Shown here: positions 51,914 to 63,274 of the stretch, piece after piece | Layout: the number at the start of each line of letters is the position of its first letter | How positions within the stretch are numbered: the stretch's first letter is position 1 | From: Octopus sinensis | Taxonomy: Eukaryota | Assembly: GCF_006345805.1 (NCBI RefSeq) | Contig: NW_021833743.1 | Location: 1 to 64,000 of the forward strand | DNA length: 64,000 bases | Direction of reading: 5' to 3' | The notes under the pieces: generated by a model | What the model was told of the DNA's origin: nothing | The model's input: only the letters and a program-made list of their open reading frames with translations | Databases searched by the model: none | Translations under genes and position numbers: made by a program

Positions 51914-52961
51914 ATGCATACACACATCTGTATGTATAAGTATATATATAAACATATTGTATATAATACACACACAAATGCACCCATATATTGAGTTCTA
52001 TTTCAATTTGTTTTGCCAAACACTCATCCATCAGAAAGCCTAATATGAACTTGATGTAGTTAGGTTATACTTTTCACCACCTACACTATGGAAAGTAAAC
52101 AAATGGGAACACACTTTATTATTCTTTCAGTATCAGAAAATAAATGAGATTATCCTAACAGGTTTCATGGCTGGGTGACCACTCTTTGGACACCAAGCAG
52201 AAATCACCCTATGGCCTACGAAGAGAACTTTATAGTAGCACCTATTTAAATTAATCACAAACTAGTAATTCAGCTGAAAATGGCTAGATCAATTTATATA
52301 TTGTACATTTACTGGTGAAGTGATAAAACACTTGATTGTATGTGCAAGGAGAATATATAAGATAAATATATGATTGTACACACACATGCAAATGCAAAGA
52401 TATGTACACAAGTGCATACATACACATGCAAATATATGCATACAGAAAAATACATACACACAATTGCTGTGATGCATATATATACTCCTCAGTCAGATGA
52501 CAACTGTTTTCCATGCTGGCATGGGTTGGACGGTTTGACAGGAGCTGGGAAGACAGAGGTCTGTATCAGGCTCCAGTGTCTGCTTTGGCATGGTTTCTAT
52601 GTTTGGATGCCTTTCGTAACATATAATAGGGTGAAGACCCCCTTCAGTCATGAATGACCATAAGATTGCACCTAGAAAGTTCCCCTCTGAGGCACAAATC
52701 TAGGCAAGGTTGCTTATGGAAGACCAGCAGTTGCTCATGCATACCACTCTCCCCTCTCCACACCACTGATGTCTTAAGCTATCAGATGTGGCGTACTGGC
52801 AGTTTTTTTTCTTTTCCAATGTGCCAGGGACCAGTAATATCCCTTAGTAATATTAATTTATACTAGAAACAATATATATATATATAATGAATGTAATAAA
52901 AAGTTGACAATTTTTTATCTTATATTTATTTTGTAAACATATAATTTTTTTTTTTTTTTAC

Positions 52962-53128
52962 TCTAGTTACAAAACCCGAAACTTTTGGGGAAGGGGCCAG
53001 TTGATTAGATTGACTCCAGTATGCAACTGGTGCTTAATCTATTGATCCCGAAAGGATGAAAGGCGAAGTCGACCTCAGTGGAATTTGAGCTCAGAAAGTA
53101 AAGACAGACGAAATACCGCTAAGCATTT
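52962..53128 (-). mobile_element. SINE family A copy
   Basis: CCCGAAAGGATGAAAGGCGAAGTCGACCTC...GAATTTGAGCTCAGAA. Confidence 0.85.
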
Positions 53129-53314
53129 TATAAACAAATAATACAATATTACATAAGCTGATAAGTTGTTTACTGCAGTGCATAAGGCAATATTACTGAA
53201 ATTATGCTATTGTCTTTTTCTTTTCTGGAAACTCACCACATACCAGCAGCTGATGGCTCACGGGCCAGCACTGGTCTGCAGACCACTACTTTGAGTAGCA
53301 CTGGTCTAAGGGAA

Positions 53315-53495
53315 AGGCAAAGGCCAATACAGCTTAGCACCAGTGATGTCGCAAGTCATTTCTACAGATGAGTGAACTGGTGCAATGTGAAATAAAATGT
53401 CTTGCTCAAAAACACAACACATAACCCAGTCTGGGAATCAAACTCACTACTTCATGATTGTAAGCCCAACACTCTAACCACTGAGCCATTTACCT
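53315..53495 (-). mobile_element. SINE family D copy (5' part)
   Basis: GTGAAATAAAATGTCTTGCTCAA...CTCTAACCACTGAGCCAT. Confidence 0.8.
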
Positions 53496-53749
53496 TCATC
53501 TAACATAAATAAGCATAAAAATGATTAGACAACAGAGAGGAATCTTTATAATAGCAGTGGTGCCATATACATTTGGTAAAGTGTGGGCAAATGAATGGAA
53601 ATATAGGGTAGGAAGGATTCTTTATTCTTGCCGAGGACAAAACAGCATCTTTGCCTAAAATGTTCTGCAACATGTGTGGTGTTAAGAAGGCCCACTTAAC
53701 TGCTGAAACTATGCCAAAATGGAATGCACAAGTGAGGAGAGGTCATCAA

Positions 53750-53771
53750 AGGGTTAGGGTTAGGGTTAGGG
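53750..53771 (+). repeat. Interstitial telomeric-type repeat AGGG(TTAGGG)3
   Basis: Exact sequence AGGGTTAGGGTTAGGGTTAGGG. Confidence 0.85.
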
Positions 53772-56236
53772 TGAAGGAGAGCATTTACTCTGAGTAAGAG
53801 CCAACTTGGACTGAGAAGACCAACCTAACACCCTGCCAGCATAGAAGACATATAAAATGGTGAGGATGAAGATGATATATACACTTGTACATAAAACTCA
53901 CACTCATGCTTATATATACATCTATCAAATTGCATATATAGACACATACATACATGTCAAATTCTATGGAGCTAGTAATAATACAAATGAATAACTACAT
54001 AACTGCAGTAGTCACCTTATTTTTGCCCCATTCATCCAATCTCTGAAGAGCATGTGATAGGACAGCCATGCTGGTTTTAATACCCAGTGTGAAACCAATT
54101 ACTAAGATCAGCTGCAAAGGATCTATAATACTGTATATATTGATGAAAACGCATAAGTTGCAATGACTATAACACATGGATCCAATCCATCAATCTGAAT
54201 GTATTTATACACGCATGTATGTATATTAGTGTTTATACATATATGCTTTTATAACACACACACACACACAAATATTTTACATACAACTTGCACTGCAAGA
54301 CACTCCCTGGAGATAACGATGATTTCAGAAGTTTCCAACAATATCGTTTCCTCCTGTTGTACCAAACAACATTGACGCTACCAGAAATGTCTTGGTTCTT
54401 TCGCCTTACACTGTTCAACACGTTTTCCTTATCCAAGCCGTCCCCACACCTAACTAGGTACAGCTGTAACCACTCCAATGTTACAAGTATTTCGTTTTAC
54501 TTTTCGCTATGAATTTGTTCATTGCTCTCTGCTTTGGTCCTTTTCTCACATGCCTCTGTTACATCTACGATGAGGCATTTTTCTGCTTTTTTCTCTATAC
54601 GTACTATACACTATAAATATTTGCTGCTGTGTTTATTTACATATACGGAGGAAAGAGAAAGGAAGAAAAGAACCTCTCCCTTGTGAGTGCTTATGTGTGT
54701 AGATGAAGAAAAGTATGTGTGCGCGTATTTGCAGGTAAATGTATGTGTGTGTAAATGTAGATAAGGGACGTGTACTAGTGTGTGTGTATGAGTAAACACG
54801 TGCAGAGGAATGTAAAGAAAAGGGGAAAATGAAAGCAAGATGAAAATCTGCGAAAGAGAAAGATTAAGAGGAAGAAAACTAAACAATGAAAGCAAATCAA
54901 AGAAAAGAAAAACAAAAACGGAAGAATGAAAACGAAAGTAGAAAAACAATGAATGACACAATAAAGAGTTCAAAGGGAAGGGGAGGTAATCCAATAACAT
55001 TTATTTTTGAAGTACATGAAATGGTGGTCCAGTTGTCTCTTTGAATCTTCTTTCTCTTTTTATTCTGACGGAATGAAAATTCTTTAGTTGTAAAGAAGCA
55101 CCAACATAACAATGGCTTCAGTTCTTTTAATGGTTATGTTGTTAGGTTTCTACGCAGGAACTTTGCTTTTGGTCGAGAATTTATTTTGTAAATAGTCCTG
55201 CTTAGTTTCTCTTCTATTCTCTTACCTTTATTAAGCTGTTGTCACTTCGTCTCTCTCTTTCTTCTTCTTCTCTCTCTCTCTCCCATTGAGCTTGTCTTTC
55301 TACCTTTTTACTATAGTTTCACAGGCCATCATTCCTTGCCCCACCCCTCTCTCTCTCTGTCAGTGTGTGTATAAATTTGCTCTGGTGTGAATGTGCGTAT
55401 ATATGCGGTGCAGCATGCCTATAGACATATATGTTGCAAGTACGCCTATTTGTGTGCACGCGTGCATGTATATATGCATGTATGGGTGTTTTAGATATCT
55501 TCAACCTTTAACGTCCGTTTTCCACGCTGGCATGAGTAGATTATATATATATATATATATATAAACAAACACACACACGACTTTTATAATCATTAATATA
55601 TACATTTTTTTAATATCTACACATACACAAAAGACGAGAGCATAAGTTAATATTGTGTGATATTAAGAACGATTGTTTCAATTTTAACAATGGACCATCA
55701 TCACAATCTGTGTTAACAATCTCAGCTTCATCTCCATATCTATATTATCATCATATTTTCTTTATCATCGTTAGTATTACTAAGCCAGTTTAATCAAATC
55801 CAGATGTACAATATAAACAACTAAATGAACATCTATCTCAGCACTTCTATCTCCATGTATGTCTACATATACTATACATACATACACACACATATATACG
55901 TACATATACAAATCACATACATACACACACACACATATATACACATACATAAAATGGGAGAACCGTTACTGCTGTAGTAGAGTAGAGGTATATATTTTTT
56001 GTATCTCTTACTTGTTTCAGTCATTAGACTGTGGCCATGCTGGGGCACTGCCTTGAAGAATTTTTAGTCAAATGAATTGATCCAAGGACATACCATTTTT
56101 TTTTTCGATAAAGCCTGGTACTTCTTTTGCTGATCTACTTAGTTACAAGGATGTAAATATACCAGCACCGGTTATCAAGCAGTGGTGGAGGACAACCACA
56201 TGATAGGCTTCTTTCAGTTTCCCTCTATCAAATCCA

Positions 56237-56279
<43 letters not shown>

Positions 56280-58004
56280 AAAAAATGTGTGTTCAAGAGA
56301 ACATGTGTAACTGAAAAAAAATTTGTATACACGTGTGTGTGTGTGTGTGTGTAAGAGGGGGAAGAGTTTTGGTTGTTGATGCTGATGATGTTGACTGCCA
56401 TTGCCAGCAAATATATTTTAAAAGTGTTTAATGGAAATGATACACTCACTATCACCACTGTTATCATCATCATCACTACTGCAGTCCCATCATCACCATC
56501 ATCAACTGTATGAATGCTTAGGTATGTGTTTCCTTACTTCCTGTTAGGTTAATTTTGCTTGGAGAACATTCGGTGATTGTTGGTATCCTTCTATACCTAA
56601 CTCCATTCCCCCACACCCATTGCACAAACACTCCCTCACCCAAACATCATCATCAGAGAATTGCTAAATGCCACCAACAACGCTCTCATCACTGTCGCTA
56701 CTTTCTCAACAAATATGAAAACAAAATATACAAATAGTAATTTATTAAGCGAACTGGTGGCAGAGTTGTTAGAATCATTGACTGAAATGCCCTGTGGGTA
56801 TTTGTTCCACCTTTTTGCATTCTGAGTTCAGTTTTTGCCTTTTATCTTTCTGGGAATCAATAAATATATTAACCCTCCAAGGGAGTGGTCTGGGAAAATA
56901 ATTGAGCGACTGGAAGTAATATCAGTGGTTTTGTTCCTGCACTTTGTGTTCTGAGTTCAAATCCTGCTGTGACTTACTTGGCAGGGAGTGTGTGTGTGGC
57001 GGGGCAGTGTACTTAATCTGTAACCTTGTTTAACATCATTACCTGGTACTTGGGTGTCATTAGTGGATGGAGTTCTTCACACCTGCAAGAATTATTTCAA
57101 TCAGGTCTCTTGTTTAAAGATATCTCTTTCCCTCCTTCTTTTGCAACAGTCTTGAAAGCCCCGTAACCAGTAATAGATATTGTCTGTCCTCTCTCTCTCT
57201 CACACACTCATACACACACAGAATTTTTCAAAAGGGCAATGGTAGCAGAGAAATTGCCAGGATTAAATGGTAAAATCCTGGGAAAAGCTGGGAAGAAGTG
57301 TAGTCTTGGAAGACCTTTAAAGGGTTTTGTATATCATTTTCCTATGATGAGATGGTAACAAAAAGAAAAAAAATATTTGCCACAAGGGCAATGGTTGATG
57401 AGACCTAACCAGAATAAATGACAAAAATGCTGACAGGATCGGTTTACATAGGATAAAATAGGAAAACAACAACAACAAAGAATGATAAAAAATATAAAGA
57501 AGGAAATGAAACATTCCAATACTGGGAGAGAGAGAAACCCAGCAAAGGGCAAACTAGGAAAACACCTATAATACGAGCTGTTGACAGAGCCTGTGTGATT
57601 GTTGTTATTGTTAGAGTTTAGTAGTTTAGCCTCATGACAATCCTAGTTGCACAGATCTAATGATCAGAAGCAATCTAGCCATGACTGTTCCATTTATTTT
57701 TCTAATCTGCAGAAAATTCAGTTTTGAACAAATATCAGAAATGATTTCATATTCAAAGAGCTCTGGTTTTTCAGCTTTCTTTTCATTGAAACTCACATCC
57801 TTTGTCAAAACACATTAGTGAAGGATTTACCCCTTGTTTATCACAATTTTCTGTCGTATTAACCCCAATGAAATCCTCCTCCACCAGAGCCAGTTCTTGT
57901 GTGCCTCAATCATCCTGAAAGCTAAGCCAACCGATAGATCAAAGGATAGAGACCACGTCTTCCTCGGGGTGAAAACGGGTTTGTGTAGGGCCAATACCCC
58001 TCAC

Positions 58005-58200
58005 CATCATTTAATACCCATTTTCCATACTGGCATGGGTTGAATGGTTTCACAGGAGCTGCACCAGGCTCCATTTGTTTTTATAGCTTGGTTTCTATGG
58101 CTGGATACCCTTCCTGATGCCAGCCACTTTACAGAGCATAATGGGTGCATTTTACATGACTCCTCTATGGGTGCTTTTTTTATGTGATGCCAGCAACAGA
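58005..58200 (-). mobile_element. Family C copy
   Basis: CATCATTTAATACCCATTTTCCATACTGGCATGGGTTG...CTGGATACCCTTCCT. Confidence 0.75.
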
Positions 58201-58399
58201 AGAACCGATGGCAGTCCAAAACCAAGAAGAACTGTGAGAGGAAAGACAGCTTAGAGTTAAGAATAGTGGAGAAAAGTTGTTGAAGTGCTTAAGTAACCCC
58301 TACCAAATACCTGGGGTTTCTATAAAGAATACAAGGTCATCAACTGAAGCCTCTAGATTAGTCAAACTTAATGAAAATTCATTTCCCTCTTCTCTAAAA

Positions 58400-58729
58400 C
58401 AGTGGTTTTCAACTGTGATCCATATAATCCTAAGGGGGTCCACCATGCAAGCAAATTAGTAAACTGGGGATGCACAGTAGCATATTAAGGGTCTATAAAA
58501 AAGTTTTGAGTTAGATGTATTTGTTGGAAGAGGGAGCTAAATTTCTTTATCAAATGTTTTACATAGCTCCACCTACAGAAGTGAATGTGATAAAACAAAA
58601 TAGGAATTTTGAAAGAAATATCTATAAAACTAGTTTTTAAACATTGAATGGTTATGAGAGGTCGACCAGAATAAAACAGTAATCAAGAGGGTCCATAAAC
58701 AAAACAGAAACAAAGGTTGAGAATCACTA
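58400..58729. mobile_element. hAT/Charlie-type MITE
   Basis: TIRs CAGTGGTTTTCAAC / GTTGAGAATCACTA; 8-bp flanks CTCTAAAA / CTCTAAAT. Confidence 0.8.
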
Positions 58730-58920
58730 CTCTAAATAATGGACCAGCTTCTAGAGATAATAATAATAATAATAATAAAACTGATGTGATGAGGATGGAG
58801 CTTCTAGAGATCCTGAAAAATATTTGGAGCTTAAGTTCTATATTTAAGAGATGAGGAATTATGTACATTATTTACATTATTTACATTTGATGGATTTTTG
58901 TCCTCATCTTGTTTGTTGTT

Positions 58921-58966
58921 AACACAACGTTTCGGCTGATATACCCTCCAGCCTTCATCAGGTGTC
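58921..58966 (-). ncRNA. Minimal type I hammerhead ribozyme motif with a complete core
   Basis: GACAC-CTGATGA-A-GGCTG-GAGGGTATAT-CAGCC-GAA-AC-GT-T-GTGTT: 5-bp stem I, 5-bp stem II, loopless palindromic stem III (ACGT), GUU cleavage triplet. There is one extra A after the CUGAUGA core. Confidence 0.75.
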
Positions 58967-59115
58967 TTGGGGAAATTTCGAACCTGGGTTCTCATTCCTA
59001 ATGTATTTTTCGATGTTATCATTATTATTATTATTATTCAGGTCACAGCCTAGAATCAAATAATAACATTGAAAAATTCCTTAGGAATGAGAACCCAGAT
59101 TCAAAATTTCCCCAA

Positions 59116-59158
59116 GACACCTGATGAAGGCTTGAGGGTATATCAGCCGAAACGTGTT
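59116..59158 (+). ncRNA. Hammerhead motif, probably inactive variant
   Basis: Same sequence as the 58921 motif but GAAACGTGTT lacks 2 nt at the cleavage site and stem II has one mismatch. Confidence 0.55.
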
Positions 59159-59234
59159 AACAACAAACAAGATGAGGACAAATATCCGTTGAATGTAAAT
59201 AATGTAAATTAAGTTATTTACTCGAGAACATTTC

Positions 59235-59830
59235 AATAACCTTGTTAGCAACCTACTGTTGTTGGAGGTTGAGCTTATCATCTCTACACTGAACAAAGCT
59301 AATTTACTTGATCAAAATGCAAAAGTGACTTACTATTGAAAGCAACACTTTAATTGGTAACATGTATTACATTAGATGGTCCATTCTGCAATAGCAGTGA
59401 CATCAATGAATTCTTCACAAACTTGTCTGAGACTTCTAGAGTACCTGACTGGCACCTTTTCATTGATTCGTTACAAAGAAGCTTGAAAGTAGTTCTACGT
59501 AACAAGAATGTAAAGCTATGCATTCCTTATTGTCCAAGCTGTCCACATAATAGAAACATATGTCAAACATGGAATACTGCTTGACACTATTCAATACCAT
59601 GTTCGTAAATGGAATACTATGTAGATCTCAGTTATTTGAAAGCTAATGGACACACGAACAGGATTTACAAAACACCGCTGCTTCTTATATTTATAGAATG
59701 GTTGTGTTACTGGCGATCACTATATCAAACCTTTCTAACGTGAGCAGTGTCTAATCTGTCTCTTTACCTGGCTTCTATGACATTCTCTAAACTAAACTTG
59801 ATTTAATGAAAAATTTTACCCAAGAAATAG
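59235..59830 (+). pseudogene. DNA-transposon transposase relic, Chapaev3-like (CMC superfamily)
   Basis: Across stops and frameshifts: ELIISTLNKANLLDQNAKVTYY, DWHLFIDSLQRSLKVVLRN, ETY..., TGFTKHRCFLYL...DHYIK, KLDLMKNF. These match the recalled WRLFIDSSK.SLKAVLLHNGN / GYTKYCCFLC / HIKLGLMKNF motifs; the family name is from memory. Confidence 0.75.
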
Positions 59831-59882
59831 TTAATCCAAGAGAACTTCAATACCTTTGTGGACATGTATATATATATATATA

Positions 59883-60086
59883 CAGCTGTCCCAGAAGTTG
59901 CACACCATTCTGGTTTTCATTAAAAATTATTAAAGCGATTTATTTTATTATTTTTTTTGGCATGTTTTATTGTAGAGGGTGCTCAATTTGAGCATTTGTT
60001 AGAATTAATTTCAATAAAGTGCTTTTGAAATCAGTAAGGGTGTATTCTTTTAAAAAACCAGTGTGTGCAACTTCTGGGACACCCTG
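59883..60086. mobile_element. Tc1/mariner-type MITE with TA target duplication
   Basis: TA|CAGCTGTCCCAGAAGTTGCACAC ... GTGTGCAACTTCTGGGACACCCTG|TA. Confidence 0.85.
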
Positions 60087-60109
60087 TATGTATATGTGTA
60101 TATATATAG

Positions 60110-60745
60110 GTGCAGGTGTGGCTGAATGGTAAGAAGCTTGCTTACCAACCACATGGTTCCAGGTTCAGTCCCTCTGCGTGGCACCTTGAGCAAGTGTGTT
60201 CTACTATAGCCTCGGACCGACCAAAGCTTTGTGATTGGATTTGGCAGACAGAAACTGAATGAACCCCATCATATATATGTATATATATCTGTGTGTGTGG
60301 GTGGGTGGGTGTCTTTATGTCTGTGTTTGTCCCCACATGCTTGACAACTGGTATTGGTGTATTAGGCGAGCTGGCAGAAACGTCAGCGTGCCGGACAAAA
60401 TGCTGAGTGGTATTTCGTCTGCCGCTACGTTCTGAGTTCAAATTCCGCCGAGGTCGACTTTGCCTTTCATCCTTTCGGGGTCGATAAATTAAGTACCAGT
60501 TACGCACTGGGGTCGATGTAATCGACTTAATACCTATGTCTGTCCTTGTTTGTCCCCTCTATGTTTAGCCCCTTGTGGGTAATAGAGAAATAGAAATAGG
60601 TATTGGTGTATTAGCATCCCCATAGCTTTGTGGTTCAGCAAAAGAGACCAATAGAATAAGTACCAAGTTTAAAAATTAAGCATTGGGGTTGATTCATTCC
60701 ACTAAAAATTGAAGGCAGTGCCCCAGCATGGCCTCAGTCTAATGA
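60110..60745 (+). mobile_element. SINE family B copy interrupted by a family A insertion
   Basis: Family B head at about 60110; the body resumes after 60614. Confidence 0.85.
60366..60598 (+). mobile_element. Young full-length SINE family A copy with a 16-bp target-site duplication
   Basis: GGTATTGGTGTATTAG at 60350-60365 and 60599-60614; CpG-rich; (AGAAAT)n tail. Confidence 0.93.
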
Positions 60746-60785
60746 CTGAAATAAGTAAAGAAAGATTTATATATATATATATATG

Positions 60786-61148
60786 TGGAGGTGCAGTGGA
60801 CTTGAGGTCGTGGGATTGCAGTTTCGATTCCTAGACTGGGCGTTGTGAGTGTTTATTGAGTGAAAACACCTAAAGCTCCACGAGGCTCTGGCAGGGGGTG
60901 GTGGCGAACCCTGCTGTACTCTTTCCCCACAACTTTCTCTCACTCTTTCTTCCTGTTTCTGTTGTATCTGTATTTCAATGGGTCAGCCTTGTCACACACT
61001 GTAGCATGCTGAATCTCCCCAAGAACTATGTGAAGGGAACACGTGTCTGTAGAGTGCTCAGCCACTTACACATTAATTTCATGAGCAGACTATTCTGTTG
61101 ATCGGATCAACTGGAACCTTTGTCGTTGTAACCGACAGAGTGCCACAA
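60786..61148 (+). mobile_element. SINE family E copy
   Basis: GGAGGTGCAGTGG head, GTTTCGATTCC B box, body homologous to 38665-38958. Confidence 0.8.
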
Positions 61149-61170
61149 TGATGATATATATATATATATA

Positions 61171-61386
61171 CTTTATTTAAAAGCAGCTGAAATATCGTTT
61201 ATGCTAGTTTTGATCAAATTGTCATCTCAGTTCTATTTTAACAAAACTGTCCGACGAACAGGAACACGAAACTCCGAGTAACAGCTTTCGTTAAATTTCT
61301 GCTGCTTTTAAAAAAATCATATTATTCTACCACTGGTATTTGAGTACTCTTTTTTCCACCTTGTTTCACATTTATGTGTTTACTCC

Positions 61387-61391
<5 letters not shown>
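61171..61391 (+). mobile_element. Family F copy with an HHR-like motif
   Basis: 61247-61284 reads CTGT-CCGACGA-ACAGGAACAC-GAA-ACTC-C-GAGT-A-ACAG. Upstream there is an inverted partial arm, CTTTATTTAAAAGCAGC. Confidence 0.65.
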
Positions 61392-61431
<40 letters not shown>

Positions 61432-61770
61432 ACAGCAGTTGGATTTAGTTCTATGTGACAAAGTTTCACTGGCCTCTAACAGAAGCCTTGTTGCTTTCAA
61501 GCTTTAAGATTACCGAATATATATATAATTATCACTTAATGTTCATTTTTCCATGCTTTTCCAAGTCAGTTCTTATTCCTAGATGGAGTTAGGGAATCAA
61601 ATCTTGCAAATTACATTTCAATCTTCACTTGTCTTCTATGGTTGGATGTCCTTCCTAACACCAACTATAATCTACATAAGTGTAAGAATGAAATCTGTTC
61701 AAGAGGTGCAAATCCTGTTTTTTAGGAGGATGTTGAAAGCATTTTTATAGTTCCACCAAAATGTTATGGG

Positions 61771-62195
61771 CAGGGCTGGAATATGACCCATCAAGGTCCT
61801 AAGCACTTAAAAGATTTTGGTACCCCCCGTAGAAGATTATGTAATTCAAAATATAAACAATAACAAACCATAAAATAAATTTTTATTTTTCAAAACGAAA
61901 TGAAACAGTAAGAGGGAAAAATTTTTATTTTTGTATACTTCCACTTAATTTGTATCTGAAAAGTTTCTTCCTATTTTTTGGAATTGCAAAGTCTTTGATT
62001 AGATCCTCAAAATTAATCTTAGGTAACACATCTGCATCTATACTAAGTAGTGATAAAGGCATCCTGAATGTTATTTAAGAAAGTTTAAAGTGATTTCTTT
62101 TGTGCCGTAAACCAGTTACCATTTATGTGGTGCCCCTTCCTTTTCTTGATGCCCTAAGCATGTGATTTTTTTACTTTATGGTTAATCCAACGCTG
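61771..62195. mobile_element. hAT-type MITE with 8-bp target duplication
   Basis: TIRs CAGGGCTGGA.TA..ACC / GGTTAATCCAACGCTG; flanks GTTATGGG / GTTAAGGG. Confidence 0.8.
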
Positions 62196-62905
62196 GTTAA
62201 GGGTTATGCTTGCACCCTTCTACCCTTGTTCCAGACCCTGAGATAATATATTACAAGAATACTCGACCACAACTGCTGTTGTTGATGTTAGCTCCAGATC
62301 AATAACTCTAAAAATACAATTCCTGTTTATTGATTTCACTCACAAGATATTAGTTAACTCAAGAAGACACTTGCCCAATGTTCCGTGGAGTGGGAGAGAG
62401 CTTTAAAAGGCCACATGGTAACAGAAGAAACTTCTTATCTATACCACCTTGCTGGTACCACATGTGGAATATGCAAGACATCAAAACGAAGAATGGAGAA
62501 TCTTCAAAGTTTATTTATTATTCAAGCATTTTCCTCATATTACATTCCAACTCGTGTTTCTGTTAAGTGTCTTAATATCCTTTCATATAATAGTTCCATG
62601 CATTTAGTTGATTTATATTAAATAAATTGCCTCTTATTGAATCTTAAACGATTCTAAACATTTCCTTTCTTTTGATGTGGTTAGCTAAACCAAGATTTCA
62701 TCAGAGCTAATAAGGTATCTGCCCAGATTTCAAATCCTCCTTCCTTTATGTTATGTATATATAGCTATCCTCTAGGAAATAGTTTTAATAAATGAAGCAT
62801 ACATATTGAATAGTATTTACTATACCTGTATTTGTCGATGTTGTTCAAATACGTGCCTCTGATTTATTTATCTTCATTCATTTTTGCTCCTATACATATA
62901 GAAAA

Positions 62906-63064
62906 CAGGCGCGGTCACAGGAACTTTTTCGAAAGGAGGGCACAAAGTCACAATTCCAGGAGAAACGGGTATAATAACATTATTTAGAAGGGGGTACTTC
63001 TTTTCTTGAGGTGGTGGGGGACCCGTACTCCTCATGCCACCCCTCGCCCTTGGATCCACCCCTG
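62906..63064. mobile_element. Short MITE-like element with a possible 5-bp target duplication
   Basis: GAAAA|CAGGCGCGGTCACAGG ... CCTTGGATCCACCCCTG|GAAAA. Confidence 0.5.
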
Positions 63065-63109
63065 GAAAACACATAGTAAATGGTCCACTAGCACTCGAGA
63101 AAACTGAGT

Positions 63110-63274
63110 CCTCATCTCGTCCCTTTTGCTAAAAAGGTTTGCAAGGCATCAACAAGCCTCAAGAAACACATTCGCGTTCATAGATCACGATTACTGCTTT
63201 ATTTTGCTGAGCCCACATTTGTCGTTCATGTCGAGAGAATCCCTCATATATGTATCGTTTGTAGAAAAACATAG
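63110..63274 (+). pseudogene. Degenerate C2H2 zinc-finger-coding relic
   Basis: Reads PHLVPFAKKVCKASTSLKKHIRVH...PHICIVCRKT*. Restoring one deleted T and removing one inserted T gives C-x2-C-x12-H-x3-H. Confidence 0.55.

Larger units (their letters stand above)
58834..59208. mobile_element. Family G head-to-head inverted pair (Penelope-type pseudo-LTR units)
   Basis: Minus copy at 58834-59025 and plus copy at 59061-59208; the spacer holds (ATT)n and the 3' part of the tRNA-like head seen at 11791. Confidence 0.85.
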
